A stretch of DNA of 63,868 bases, counting the filler, from Lenisia limosa (taxonomy: Eukaryota; Protista; Breviatea): assembly GCA_001655205.1 (NCBI GenBank). It is 14 parts of 14 records of this genome, joined end to end, with 100 filler letters (N's around TTAATTAATTAA, not from the genome) between each part and the next. Parts side by side here need not be neighbours in the genome. Positions count along the whole stretch, not along the records: positions 49,097 to 51,048 come from LPNZ01003580.1; positions 51,149 to 53,068 come from LPNZ01002360.1; positions 53,169 to 62,204 come from LPNZ01005057.1; 11 more parts are not named here. One strand, given 5' to 3'. Within the stretch, counting starts at the first letter, position 1, and every line of letters begins with the position of its first letter. The notes under the pieces were generated by a model. It was given only the letters and a program-made list of their open reading frames with translations, was not told the DNA's origin and did no database searches. The position numbers and the translations under genes are program-made. Positions 49,148 through 61,430 of this stretch are shown one piece after another.

Positions 49148-49399
49148 ATGATTCCATGGGAGCATATTGCCCATAATTATCGATTTCGCGTATGCTAGAG
49201 AGATGAGGTGCAGTGCTGCGGAAGCAACCTCATTTTATTGTTTTCTACCCTTAAGTATCATTGTTATTTTTGGAATTATTTTTAGTTTCATAAATTTCCA
49301 TTTTACCTCGGGGGGTCGAATCCTTGGTACGTTAATAAGTCGGATTTTTTAACATTTCCCTTACTTTTTAACGCCTTACAGGTTCGTTTGGGTAATTGA
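49148..49399 (+). CDS. Terminal exons of an unidentified gene (EDYMIPWEHIAHNYRFR|VRLGN*)
   Basis: Open across the intron 49190-49381, with a stop six codons after the acceptor. Confidence 0.4.
49190..49381 (+). mobile_element. Repeat family E occupying a whole predicted intron (introner-like)
   Basis: Starts at the donor GTATGCTAGAGAGATGAGGTGCAGTGCTGCGGAAGC, contains TTTCATAAATTTCCATTTTAC and ends TTACAG. Confidence 0.6.
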
Positions 49400-49679
49400 G
49401 CGGTGATGGGACTCTTATGGTCTTGTTTTTGTGTTTTTGCCATCTGGTTTTTGTCTAATTTTAGCGTTGGGTGCTCGTGTTTGTTATTGTTTGTTTTTGT
49501 TTTTTTGTTGTTGTTTTTGTTTTTTTGGAGTTACGTTCGTGATTAGTACCTATGCGCCAATATTCTTCATCNNNNNNNNNNNNNNNNNNNNNNNNNNNNN
49601 NNNNNNNNNNNNNNNNNNNNNNNNNNNNNNNNNNNNNNNNNNNNNNNNNNNNNNNNNNNNNNNNNNNNNNNNNNNNNNN

Positions 49680-50920
49680 TCACGAAAGTACAAGGAGCAC
49701 ATGTACCGCTTGCAGGTTGGTCCCTCTTACCCCATCCCCCTTCCATGCTTCCCCTCTTGCAATTAGATCAGTATGGTCATTTCAAGAAGCCAACCTTTCC
49801 TACCCATCTCACTATTAGTGCATCAAAGCCGGTCAAGTCCCGAAGAAAGCTCGAGAAAGTGAGTCCAAAGTCCCGACGTGGCTCCAATCGGCTCGCGATG
49901 CACAGAAGGCCAAAGATGCTAAAAACGTGCGATTGTTCCTATTTTTCTGCTTCCTGGTGTTCAATATTTGCAATAGATCGGTTTTGCTATTGTTTTCTTC
50001 TCATCTCTTCCCATGTCCCAACCATCCACTTTCCCTCAATCATATATGCATCTCACCTGACCCACCTCAGCTGGACGGAGTGAACAGCGGTGACGGGTCA
50101 GCCGCCTTCATGAGGTATCGCCGCGTGCCCCTCGGAATCTCAATCGTGGGGGGTATACATATACACGCATTTCATCCACTATCTCTTGTGTTTTAACGAA
50201 GTTGATTTCAGCAGTCCAAGTTACCCTGTATTTTGGCATATTTTCTGTATTAACCCGATTCAGGAGGCCGAGGCGTCCTCAACTCCCCAACAGATCATGG
50301 AAGAAGTTGCAGTGATTAGACAGGTTGGCTATTTACGATATTTTTTGGCTTGACCCGCACCCCTTCTTTTTCTCACATTTACATACATAAAAATGTCCAT
50401 CTTCTCACGGCTCATTAGGATGCGGAAAAGTTCACGTCATCTCTCATTGAACAGAAGAACCGCTTTAGTCAAGAGGCTAAGTGAGATGTTGTTTTTTGTC
50501 ATAATAAGGTGAATATTAATGCAGGAGTATCCTCCCTGATTGCCCACTTGTGTTTCCTTTGTGAATTTCTCAAACAACCCGTTTTGAATGATGGAGTTCT
50601 TGCTAACATGGTAGGGAGTTTGATCAGATGCGCGCCGATAGTGACCGGTCTATTTCGAGACATGTCGAGAACAAGCATCGCGCATCGAAGGTCTGAAGCA
50701 ATTTCTTCTCTCGAAGACCTTATACTTTTTCCCCTTTCATATTCAGATGAGATGAGGTGACCCAAGAATTTATTGTGCATGGAGTCAAATGTCAAAGCAA
50801 ATAAACACCAGACCCCCTTTGTGACATTTCAGCGCCAAGGCTCTTTGCGTGCTGCCTCTCATATCGATGCCCTTTTACGCCAACCTTCCTTGAAAGGGAA
50901 CTCAACTGTTTTGGTGGGGG
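49680..50920 (+). CDS. Hypothetical multi-exon charged protein
   Basis: SRKYKEHMYRLQ | CIKAGQVPKKARESESKVPTWLQSARDAQKAK.. | ..QIMEEVAVIRQ | DAEKFTSSLIEQKNRF, each with GT-AG flanks. Confidence 0.35.
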
Positions 50921-51177
50921 AGGTATAGTACGATATTGTTTGATCTGATATGATGTATACCTTATGAAGCATATCAAACATAATCAATGATATGCCACTC
51001 CGCCATGTTAACACCCCATGTTTCCAAATAAGGCAACCCAATTACCTTNNNNNNNNNNNNNNNNNNNNNNNNNNNNNNNNNNNNNNNNNNNNTTAATTAA
51101 TTAANNNNNNNNNNNNNNNNNNNNNNNNNNNNNNNNNNNNNNNNNNNNTTCTGCAGTACCGCATCCCATCCCAATAC

Positions 51178-53053
51178 CTTGAGTTATGATCAATATAGAA
51201 CACACGACCTCGACCGTCAACAGATTCCTCCCAGCCTTCAGGCAGCGTAGACCGCCGCACCGTCCTCCTAAAACCGAGTAAGTTTTCCTCTGAAAATCTT
51301 CTTCAGAATGTTTTGTTCCTTTGAAGTATCCCCGCACACATATAATATCAGCCTTCATAATTATTTCTAAGGCTCCGTGTAATTAATTGTAAAATTAATT
51401 GCACGGAGCCTTAATTATCAGGGCTTGAAAAAGGCCGGTATAGTATTATCGGGGTTTGTCGAGTTTTTATCAAGAAATTAAGTCTTTTTTGCCATCGTAG
51501 GGAATCCCAATGCATAATATACAGTGACCGTAATAAGTCTTGAGAGATTTGCTATGTGATTTCTTAAGGAAAATAGGTCAAGACTTATCCATGTTACTGT
51601 AGATATCGATTTGTAAATGATGTACATAATACACCCCCACAAACATGGAGGGTCTATGCCAGGTGGTGGAGCGGTTAGCATGGTTGAGGTAGAAGTAACG
51701 GTTTTGATCGTCCTTGCGTTCCTCCCATCCTACACCAAGTAAAACAACTCGGAATTACGGATTCGCTGCGCCCTGATAACTACAAGTTACAAAAAGGGGC
51801 ATTTCCCCTTGGAAACGCAACGTCTAATTACTGTAATTAGGGCTTCACTCGGTTCAAAAAAGGAATGAAGTTCTCGATAAATCCTCGATAAATCCTCGAT
51901 ATTTTACAGGTCTTTTTCGGACCGAAGTGAAGCCTACCAGTAATATATAGAGAAATATTACTGGTACATGCACATGAATGAATATTACATAGTATATCGA
52001 TGTAGTATACTATATAGCAATGAGAAATAAAATAAGGATGTATCTGGCCGAAGCCGTCAACCTATCACACATATCAGAGGTATTGTTATAGTATAATAGT
52101 AATTCACCCAATCATTTGCCTCTCTGTACACACAGCTTTCTGCGAGCCTCCCCTCCCCAGCATATAATATATCATTGCTATAACAAATCCTTACATATGA
52201 TAAGTACATACACATGAATATTACATAAACATTCACCGGACCCCCTACCAGTGGGAAGTTCACGCCCATCATGCGCCATAAACACGGTTGTGGCTGCGTC
52301 AGCAGTATTTGTCGTTCTAGTGGAGGTGAATGGAAGAGGAGTGAAAAGATAGGAGAAAAAAAGAGAGGTGAAACGTTTGTTTACACCTATGGTTACACCT
52401 ATGTTTACTCCTATGTTTGCACCTAGCACCTTTCTGTCGAGTTATTCTCCGTTTGCGAGAGGGGGGAAGCTGAGGGGACTGGAGTATCAGGTACCCGGGT
52501 ATTGCTAACACCAGAGGAGAGTACTACCATATCATCTTCTTCTTCGTCTTCCTACGGGAGTATAAAAATGGGTAAAAATAGGAATAATAATAATAAAAAC
52601 AATTGTAAATAAAAAAAAATATAGCTAAAAAGTTCCAACATTCTTTTTACATTCTATTCTATCCCCCACTCTCCTCACGTTCTGCTGGCCTGATGGTTCG
52701 CTACTTTGCTGTTTCTCCTTCGACGCTTTGCAAAGGTCAATACCAGGATGCACTTGTGAAGCCTTGATTGTCAGACCTCATCATATTCTCAGAGTGTTTA
52801 TCAGATTCTTTACCAGATTTCTTTATCATATCACTTTTGGATCATTTTCACACTTGTAAACTATCCTTTCCTACGCAGTGATATGACACCTCATATCCAC
52901 TCGTCATCTTATCAGATTTCTTCATATTTATCTAATATAATACTACAGCAACATCATGACCCGCCTACAGCAACATCATGACCCCACGCCAAACGGACGT
53001 GCACACGGCCTTGTGTAGATTTGTCTGACGACTTGTTGCGCTCTAACGTCAGC
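51178..53053 (-). CDS. C2 + tandem WW domain protein, NEDD4/Rsp5-like E3 ligase N-terminal part
   Basis: C2-end-like [25 protein letters not shown]1 is LPTG|[26 protein letters not shown] and WW2 is [23 protein letters not shown]. The HECT domain would lie beyond the scaffold end and is not seen. Confidence 0.7.
51370..51411. mobile_element. 42-bp hairpin mini-element G flanked by TA
   Basis: TA|AGGCTCCGTGTAATTAATT-GTAA-AATTAATTGCACGGAGCCT|TA. Confidence 0.55.
51522..51599. mobile_element. MITE family B (~78 bp, CAGTGACCG..GTCTTGACCGATTT TIR, TA-flanked, Tc1-like CAGT end)
   Basis: TA|CAGTGACCG...GTTACTG|TA. Other copies at 23845-23922, 45856-45929, 17335-17395 (truncated) and 20311-20377 (degenerate). 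Confidence 0.82.
51840..51934. mobile_element. MITE family A copy
   Basis: TA-flanked on both sides. Confidence 0.87.
52013..52182. mobile_element. MITE family D (~170 bp, TATAGCAATGA inverted ends)
   Basis: TATAGCAATGAGAAATAAAA..GTATCTGGCCGAAGCCGTC..AATTCACCCAATCATTTGCC..TCATTGCTATA. Fragments at ~16433, 16668-16745, 16985, 18118-18157, 23040-23125, 28560, 30262-30335, 34725-34768 and 35470-35550. Several contig breaks fall inside it. Confidence 0.75.
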
Positions 53054-53224
53054 CTGGGGGGGGGGGGGNNNNNNNNNNNNNNNNNNNNNNNNNNNNNNNN
53101 NNNNNNNNNNNNTTAATTAATTAANNNNNNNNNNNNNNNNNNNNNNNNNNNNNNNNNNNNNNNNNNNNGCTTGTGAACCCCTCCCTGATTGCAGGGCAGC
53201 TTAGTCGTCCAATAAAAGCAATCA

Positions 53225-54441
53225 GATAACGAATATCACCGGGAGAAGGGGCGTAGCAAAGAGTGTCGGGGGCATACACCTAAATCCAACAAACCCTGTT
53301 AAATAGGAACTAAGCTTATAGGCGAGCGCTCGTCGTACGACCGACATGATGACAGAGGTTTGTTGATAGGCCATGCACAGTCTAGTCTGTTACTTTCTAC
53401 TCTTCCCATACGCCGGATCATATTAATTCTTAAAAGCGGCACAATGGGAGAAGGGGATAGCCAAGTCTGACCAATAGCATAACCCAACCTAAACGCATAT
53501 AGGAGACCGCTCGTATGATAGGCGCGACGACAGAGGTTTGTTGATAAGTGGCCTTAGTAGTAAGTACATCAATATTTGTATTGTGCATAGGTCATAAATA
53601 AAATCACCATGATAGTTCAATAAAAGCACGCAACCGAACCAAACCCTTGGTTAGTCTTGTCCGCGTTTATTTAAGACCGGTGTTATTCTTCTTCAATGAA
53701 GGCCAAATCCGGTCTTCCAACTAACCCGTCAGGCGGTGGAGGATACAACCGTGGCAGTGATCGTGGCGGNNNNNNNNNNNNNNNNNNNNNNNNNNNNNNN
53801 NNNNNNNNNNNNNNNNNNNNNNNNNNNNNNNNNNNNNNNNNNNNNNNNNNNNNNNNNNNNNNNNNNNNNNNNNNNNNNNNNNNNNNNAGCCTTGGTTCTG
53901 CAAAAATACAACTGTTTCTGGTAGCTCGTCACTCCTCTTTTCTTAATTCTCTTTCCATATCACCGAACTGACATTAGCAGCGGATATCCCAGCTCTGCGT
54001 CTTCTTACGGCCCTCCCTCGGGTGGTGGTGACAGGTGGGCAAGATGACGAATAATGGTCTCAAATATGATAGACATTGATGATGGTGATGATGATGTGAT
54101 TGGCAGAGTGACGATCATAAGAGAATCAAAACAGTTTCTCATTTCTACACATTAGTATTACATAATTTGCCTTTTCACCCTGCAGCAGATCTTATGATCG
54201 TGGATACGACCAAGGACCAAGCTCAGCTCCCCCCATGGCTGCCTCCAGTGGGGGGGGGGGGGNNNNNNNNNNNNNNNNNNNNNNNNNNNNNNNNNNNNNN
54301 NNNNNNNNNNNNNNNNNNNNNNNNNNNNNNNNNNNNNNNNNNNNNNNNNNNNNNNNNNNNNNNNNNNNNNNNNNNNNNNNNNNNNNNNNNNNNNNNNNNN
54401 NNNNNNNNNNGACACTCCAGGCACTCACGACGAGTTCGGAC
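53225..54441 (+). CDS. RD/RG/GY-rich low-complexity protein, probably RNA-binding (partial)
   Basis: Exons GERSSYDRHDDR, GDRSYDRRDDR, GGGGYNRGSDRG, GYPSSASSYGPPSGGGDR and SYDRGYDQGP. Confidence 0.45.
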
Positions 54442-54625
54442 GTGAGAGGAGATAGATGTTTGGATTATGGTGCCTCTTTATGGATTTATTGTACTTTTAT
54501 GACCAATGTCTCTGTTAATCATATGCCCCTCTCTCGTGTTAATCATACATCCATCGTCACAATACATAAGACACCGCCAAACATCAAACATGGAAAAATA
54601 TTCAACAAAGACCAAGCAAAGGGCT

Positions 54626-57600
54626 CTACCACAGTTTCCTTTCCTTCGGCTTCCTTGACATCAAGAAGCCAGCAAGAGAGGCGTCTTCGTCTTCAAATGA
54701 TGTTGACTGGCCTGGGGGGATCAGAAAAATAACTATTTCATCTTTTTGAATTCCAAATAGTATGATAGATAGTATTCAAAACCCGACATGACCGCTACTT
54801 CCATATCAATACGGCGCATCGACTTGGGATTCTTGAGAAAGCGTTGGAATGGGTACCTCAGAGTAAGGGTTATTTTTTTTGATTGTCGAACTTTTTTTCG
54901 AACATTCTAGAAGCTTTTGAACAAAAAAGTCCAAAAGCTTCTAGACCATTCGAAAAAAATCGAATTTCCTTATGCTTGAGGCTGGCTTGAGGTACCCATT
55001 CCCATACTTTTACATGGAATCCCATGGATTTTATGGAAATTTGAAGAAATTTATAGGATTCCCAAATAATATAAGGGAGTCCCCAGTCGATGCGCCGTAG
55101 TGATGATTTTATCTTACACAAGGCCAAATCCTACATTTGCCCCCACCAACCCTCGTGTGTTGTCAGCCAATCATCCTCAAGTGGTGCAGGGCTTCGGCGC
55201 TTCAACGGCAGCACGGCGGAGTCCTGAAGGGTTATTCCATTGTACGGCGGAGTCCTGAAGGGTTATTCCATTGTACGGCGGAGTCCTGAAGGATTATTCC
55301 ATTGTACGGCGGAGTCCTGAAGGATTATTCCATTGTACGGCGGAGTCCTGAAGAATTATTCCATTGTACGGCGGAGTCCTGAATGGTTATTCCATTGTAC
55401 GGCGGAGTTCCACAAGTAGTACGCACCATATTTGCTTGGGACTGTAGGGAGTCCATCACCTCGAGTCTCGGGGGGCTCTCCAGCCCAATATCGTCACCGT
55501 ACAGAGCCTCGACAATGGGCTGTGGTCTGAGATGGATGAAAAAGGCAAAATGGAAGTTGAAATAAAAAAAATAAAAAAAATAGAAAACAGGCCACCTCCC
55601 TCCACCTCAAAACAGGCCATCTCCCTCCACCTCAAAACAGGCCATCTCCCTCCACCTCAAAATTATCCAAAAAAAACCCTCCACAAAAAAACAACAATTG
55701 CCCCTCCAACAGTATGGTCTCCCTAGCCACGCTCTGGCTGCGCGACCTTGCCCTCGACTGTGACCGAATGGATTCGAGAAGTTGGCTCGCGGCCTGGCTC
55801 TTCTTAGGCTTCAGCAGCTAAGGGGGTGAGGAGGTGGGCGTATTTATTGATGATAAATTATATCATATACATATAATATAATATACTATATAAAACCCAT
55901 GCGAATTGATTCAGTGATCTACTGATTAAAGCTCCATTTATAAGGCGATAGCAGGGACTATATTTTTAAATAGTCCCTTGTTAACTTCTCCACCCACGTT
56001 TCTGCCTTGTTTCGACTTCAGTTGTGAGGCCTGGGGGGGGGGGGGNNNNNNNNNNNNNNNNNNNNNNNNNNNNNNNNNNNNNNNNNNNNNNNNNNNNNNN
56101 NNNNNNNNNNNNNNNNNNNNNNNNNNNNNNNNNNNNNNNNNNNNNNNNNNNNNNNNNNNNNNNNNNNTGCCTGAAACGTAAACAGGAAACCTCCAAAAAT
56201 AAATATGCCTATTATTCGGGGGGAAAACAAGAGGCAATAAAGGGGATATATGACGAGGGGCAATAAAGGGGACATATGACGAGGGGGGCTATTTGTGGAA
56301 TTATTGAGGTTTTCTCAAGACAGGGCGTACCCTGGCTTGAGACGCTGAGCGATTCTGATGAAGGGACCCGAGCGGCTGCGACGTGGCCTGGTGTTTTGCC
56401 TGTTGCGATAGGTTGACAGTCACATTATGATGGGGTTGCGAGGAGCCGTAGAAAACACTCGAGGACACAGGTGGACGCAGAGCCAAGGGCCTGGGGGTGG
56501 GAGGTGAAAAGGGATAAAACAAACCCAAAATAAACTCAACTGATTAAGCTTTTAAGAAATACATCAAGTTGAAAACAAAATACTACCGCGTGAAAAAGGT
56601 TTTTGTTTTCAAGAACAAAAAACTCAAAATACACCATAATAAGAACCCACAAGGGTGGTAAACGGAGTAAAATAAGACGACAGAAGGATGCTGAATGAAT
56701 GATGGTGTTGTATCAGGCGGCTAACAACAAAACAAGCCCCTCAGACTTTTCAGGCGGCTGGGACCCCGGAGCCCTCTGAGAGTACCGCAGATCAGGCTCC
56801 TGACTTGGGCCACTGTGTAGGTCAATTCCCATACGGTGGCGCGGCTGGCTGTTGTAGGCCTGTAGCTGCTGGTTCTTGATCCTGCCTGCGCGTGTTCGCG
56901 ATGAGCGGCGTAATGGGCATTCCTTGGGGTAAATGTCAGATTGTATGTAATGAATTTGGAGTTTCAGTGGGAATTGCGAGGGAAAGTCTACAACCAATAT
57001 CATATATAAATGATACAAATATATTATTTTGACAGACACACGATAATATACTTCTAAAGACGGCCAAAAGGCAGTCTACCCACCTGCGACCCCAAACTCG
57101 CAGTCGCACGAGCCAAAGACGGGAACCTTGGCTGTGACTGTGATTTTTGGCTCCTTGGTTGGCTATGTGGTTGACTACGTGGTTGGCTCTGGCTGCGAGG
57201 CTGCGAGAGGGATCCCTGGCTGACCTGAGACTGTGTGTTTCTCTGCGAGGTAAGTTATTTTGTACTGTGGTTGAATAGCTTAAAAGATTGGGACTTCTTG
57301 GATGACGATTGTAGGCTTACTAGTGGTTCTCTGCCTCTACTTGAAGATCGCTGGACCTATGTGTGTTATTGGCAACCGCTGCGTTATTGTGAGTATGAGG
57401 CCTTTATGATATTCAAAATCGAGCGTATTTCTTCAAAACCACAGGACTGTGTATGTCTCTCCTGCAACATACCATAGGGCTCATGCTGTGGAGAGAGCCG
57501 TTCAAAGACCGTGCAGGGGACTGACTGTGCGAATCCGACCGGAAGGGTGCTGGCGACATGGAGGCCTAAGGGGTGATGGAAGGAAGGAGAGGGCCTAAGG

Positions 57601-60600
57601 AGTTATCTCTCATTGCACTCAATGTCCCTTGTTTAGTATTATCTGCCCCCGTACCTCCGGTCTGTACACAGGACGCGGCCCAAGACGAGACTGTGGGATA
57701 GAAGGGCGGAAGGGGATGGCAGGGCTTTGCGACACTGAAACGTCAAAAGACATTCAATGTCTCCACTTGCAGGTGGTGATGTGATAATAATATGACGCTT
57801 TCGAGTCGAAATGTGATCCTGGTAGTGGTATGCTTGTCGAGTCATTAGGAAGAACAATCACGCGTTCAAAACAAAACAAGCAGAATCAAACCCCGGGGAG
57901 GGGCGAACCGTTTGGAAGGAGTCGTTGGCTCATTGCATAGCCAGGAAGGGGCGTGTCGCTAGTTACCGAGGAAAACCTATTACGTGAGGGTCATCGTCAC
58001 CCTTATTATTATAATTATAATAATGGTATAATATAGATAACATTACTATTTTTGATCGAGAGGCCAACAAATGATAGTAAATTTTGGTTATGCTACATAC
58101 ACTTACATAATTTCTTCATTATTTCTTGCACCACCTGGATTATTTCTTGTTCTCATCAAGATTCTGTCACTATCACACTATTAGACTATGCCACACCGCC
58201 AACCTTGGAGCCGGGCTGACACTCGGAGAGACGGACTGAGACATTGCAAAACCATGGGCAAACGCCTGCATTGTGGATAAATATATCCTATCATAATAGT
58301 GAAAATGCTACAAATATAGAGAGGAATAAATGAAACTGAAAAATAATTTGTGAATGAGAAGAACAATAATTCCCCAACAAGAGTGCAGCAAAAGCACTGA
58401 TGGGATTGGTTGTGAAATTAACAGGAAATGCTGAATAGAGAAACGTGAAATGCTGAATAGAGAAACGTGAAATAAAAAGGAGTGATAGGCAGAGGCCAGA
58501 GTAGGTATTAGGCAAGTCGAAGCCAGCCCAAAGAGATTCCACTTTATACCTCCAGTCAGCTGCACTTACCTGGGACGCCTGGGATTGGAAGTCTTGGGTC
58601 TCATGGACAGCCTAGATCGGATGAGAATGGTTCGAAACATGAAATATCGAGCTGAATGTTAATTGAAAGTCATTTTGGACATAGGAAAGACATTACCAAT
58701 CAAACTGTGAAATACAGCAGCATCTTTGTACCATAATACAGTATGCTTTCTACCGAATGATCCAGAATGGAGAACTCATTGGATGGTTGGCCCCCCTTAC
58801 TTGAACATCCCAATAAGACAAATCACCAAAAACGTTAAAACTGTCTTCACAAGACGTTACATTTATTGATTGTTTGTTGTATATCAATCTTTGGGCTTTA
58901 CAGCACAGTATTATATCCGAACCTGGGTAGCATAAGGAACTTCTGGCGGGAGAAGACTAAGTTGAGTGCTTTCTGACACCTCTACTTTCTTGGAGGCTAA
59001 GGAAATGAGGCAGGTTCATCTCAAGACAACCATGTAAAAATCAGTGGAAAATAGACATAAAAGTCAAATAGCACTATTTCGTATTACCCCCTCCCCTCGA
59101 AGCCACCCCTTTAAGCGTGTTTCAAAGAGTAGTGGAGGATCCTTGTTATTTTTCACTCTCAAAAATATACACATATTGGCATTCCCATTTACCGGATGTG
59201 ATGATGGGGCAAGCCTCGACAAGAAGGTTTTTCAGAACCGCGTCAAGATCCTGGAGGGATTACAACGACAATGTTGCCGAGAATGAATAAAATGTAGGAG
59301 GGGAATAGATGTTGAGAATAGGAAAAATAAAGGTGCAGAGAAAGAGCGGCCTTATCTCGGTCAAGGTCTCAATGAAAGCCCCCACCTGCTGCTCAGGGTC
59401 TGTAACCGCTTGTCCTGGAAAGACAAGGCCCAAACAGTGCTTCTTGAATCTAGGTTGAAATAACGAACAAGGAATAAGGGACGAGGGAGGGGGTGAGAAG
59501 TCGCATTATAAAACATCAAAACATTAACGGGCTGTGAACTGTTGACAAATAACCGGCGCGTACACAGGATTGGCGGAGTTGTTGATTATGGACGAAAGGG
59601 CCTGGACCATTCCCGGCACAGACTCTTGGATTTTCTTTTGTCTCTGGGGGGTCAAAATACTGCTGCATAAATATGCAGTTGCTAATCCAGATCATGTTTA
59701 CGTTTACGTTTCTTGTGTCTGCAATCTCGCCAAAACGTGTCCCACTTGAAGCATCAAATACCATCACAATACAGCCCGGAGCGAACCTCAGCCATGGCCT
59801 CGGGAAGGAACAGAATAATGGCATTCTTCTTGGCCTCCCTATTGGCCACTCCCATCAGTCGGCCAATAGCAAGGCGGATTTTGACGGAGAGAGCACTGAG
59901 GAACTGCGGCGTTTGGGGAGTCTGTCTGGTGACGATCTTGGTATTCTTATATGATATATTATAGGTCGTAAAGAAGACTAGCCACTTCCTTGACACCACT
60001 CTATCTTTGATGCCACTCTATCCTTGACCCCACTCTATCCTTGACGCCGGCAATGGAGGCTCTCAAAAGGGTTCGAACAACAGGCCAGTCAGGCTTCGAT
60101 TCTGTTAACGGTCACATGGTAATACTACTACCATGAAAATACTCCTCACGATAACTAAAACTCATTTATGTTCAACAAAGTGCATCAAGTATATCTCATG
60201 TTCAACTAAAACCAGCTAAGTACATTTCATTTCCAAGAACCATCCCCTCACGGTAGCTTTTGAATGTGAATGTTAGGAAGATGGTAGTAATGCCTTTTCG
60301 CCACTTTTTGGCTTTGATAAGCAAGCAGGGATCGGCGGAATCTGAAATTGTGACGGGCTTTCTGCTCATCTGTCGAGAGTGCAAATGGCAAACATCTCTG
60401 ACACCCAAAAATGAATACCACAAACTAATCTGAAGCCACTTAGGACAGTGCCCCACCTTCATCACCCTCCCACCTGCATTAGGCAGTTCGCTGCGTACGG
60501 AGTCCACCATATCAAACTCCACACCAAATCGCTTCCTAGAGGTGAATGTGAGGTGGAGGTAATGTGGGAACAAAAGCCAGGTTGATAGATTTGCATTACC

Positions 60601-61430
60601 CGAATTGCCCAATAGTTTGGGTAATGCCAAGTAAAATATGATTGATTACCAAGTAAAATATGGTAGTTCTTTTTGTAGTAGGCTCATATAATATTAGAAC
60701 TAGGTACCACAATGCCAGGTAAAGGTGACCAAGTAAAAGGGGTGTTTTGGATTAGAGATTATAGCCTTTAGTTCCCCCACCAAATGAGTTTCTCCACAGC
60801 AGACAAGGGGGCCGACATTTCTGGGGGTGAGTCCAGGTATAATAACCACAGGAGCTAATGAGAAAAGCTACACAGTTAGCAGCCTACCTGGATTTCTACT
60901 GAGGATTCTTGTTTTCCCGTTGAGGATTACTCGAATCTAAACTGATGAACGCTTTTGAATGAAAACATAACATACGGTACAGATATTATACATAAGAAAT
61001 TTAAGCTGTTTAAACAAGTAACACAATAGTTGAGACATTTATCCAACTTACAATAATTGAAGCAGGCTGGCCGTTTTGAGGTTGGGCTTCCAACAGGTCC
61101 TTTCCTTTTTCCATTTGACCTGTCCTATCACTGTCTTCGGACCCCTTGTCTTTTTTGTTTTCATCCTTATTAGAAAGGGCTGGTTCACTGGGTGGAACTT
61201 GGGGCCCTTGAAGTTGACTCGATTCTTCTTGAGGCTTTTTCTGCTCATTGAAGAAAGATCAGAGATACCTAATGTCCTACTATGATACCATATTCATACT
61301 AAGATATTGTCTTTTTCCAATTAATTCCCATGGAGAGAGATACGATCCAACTCCTTTTCAGTGTCTCTTACAAGGAGGCGTCCACATCCATCACTGCGAG
61401 AACACTTGTCTGAAATGGCCCACTAACCTC
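54626..61430 (-). CDS. Hypothetical multi-exon protein(s) with a long SQ/TQ-rich low-complexity C-terminal region
   Basis: Phase-consistent 3' exons PQPIVEALYGDD.. | DSAVLPLKRRSPAPLEDDWLTTHE | GQSTSFEDEDASLAGFLMSRKPKERKLW*, plus SQPRSQSQPRSQPHSQPRSQ upstream. The 5' limit is uncertain and could be more than one gene. Confidence 0.45.
54807..55102. mobile_element. CACTA/CMC-type non-autonomous element, family C (long copy)
   Basis: CAATACGGCGCATCGACT...AGTCGATGCGCCGTAGTG; 2-bp flank AT/AT. Shares the internal TTTTACATGG(G)AATCCCATG core with 18271-18409. Confidence 0.82.
55213..55407. repeat. 31-bp minisatellite, 6 full copies plus a partial, built from a splice acceptor
   Basis: ACGGCGGAGTCCTGAAGGGTTATTCCATTGT at 55213, 55244, 55275, 55306, 55337, 55368, with a partial copy at 55399. 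Confidence 0.95.
55584..55660. repeat. 25-bp minisatellite, ~3 copies
   Basis: AAAACAGGCCAYCTCCCTCCACCTC units. Confidence 0.85.

Noticed and set aside
49148-49399. Beta-galactosidase C-terminus assignment for EDYMIPWEHIAHNYRFRVRLGN*
   Set aside because: The resemblance is only vague over ~20 residues, and no upstream exon supports it.
59720-60600. HORMA/Hop1 assignment for the SQ-rich gene
   Set aside because: No convincing HORMA motif could be aligned by eye.
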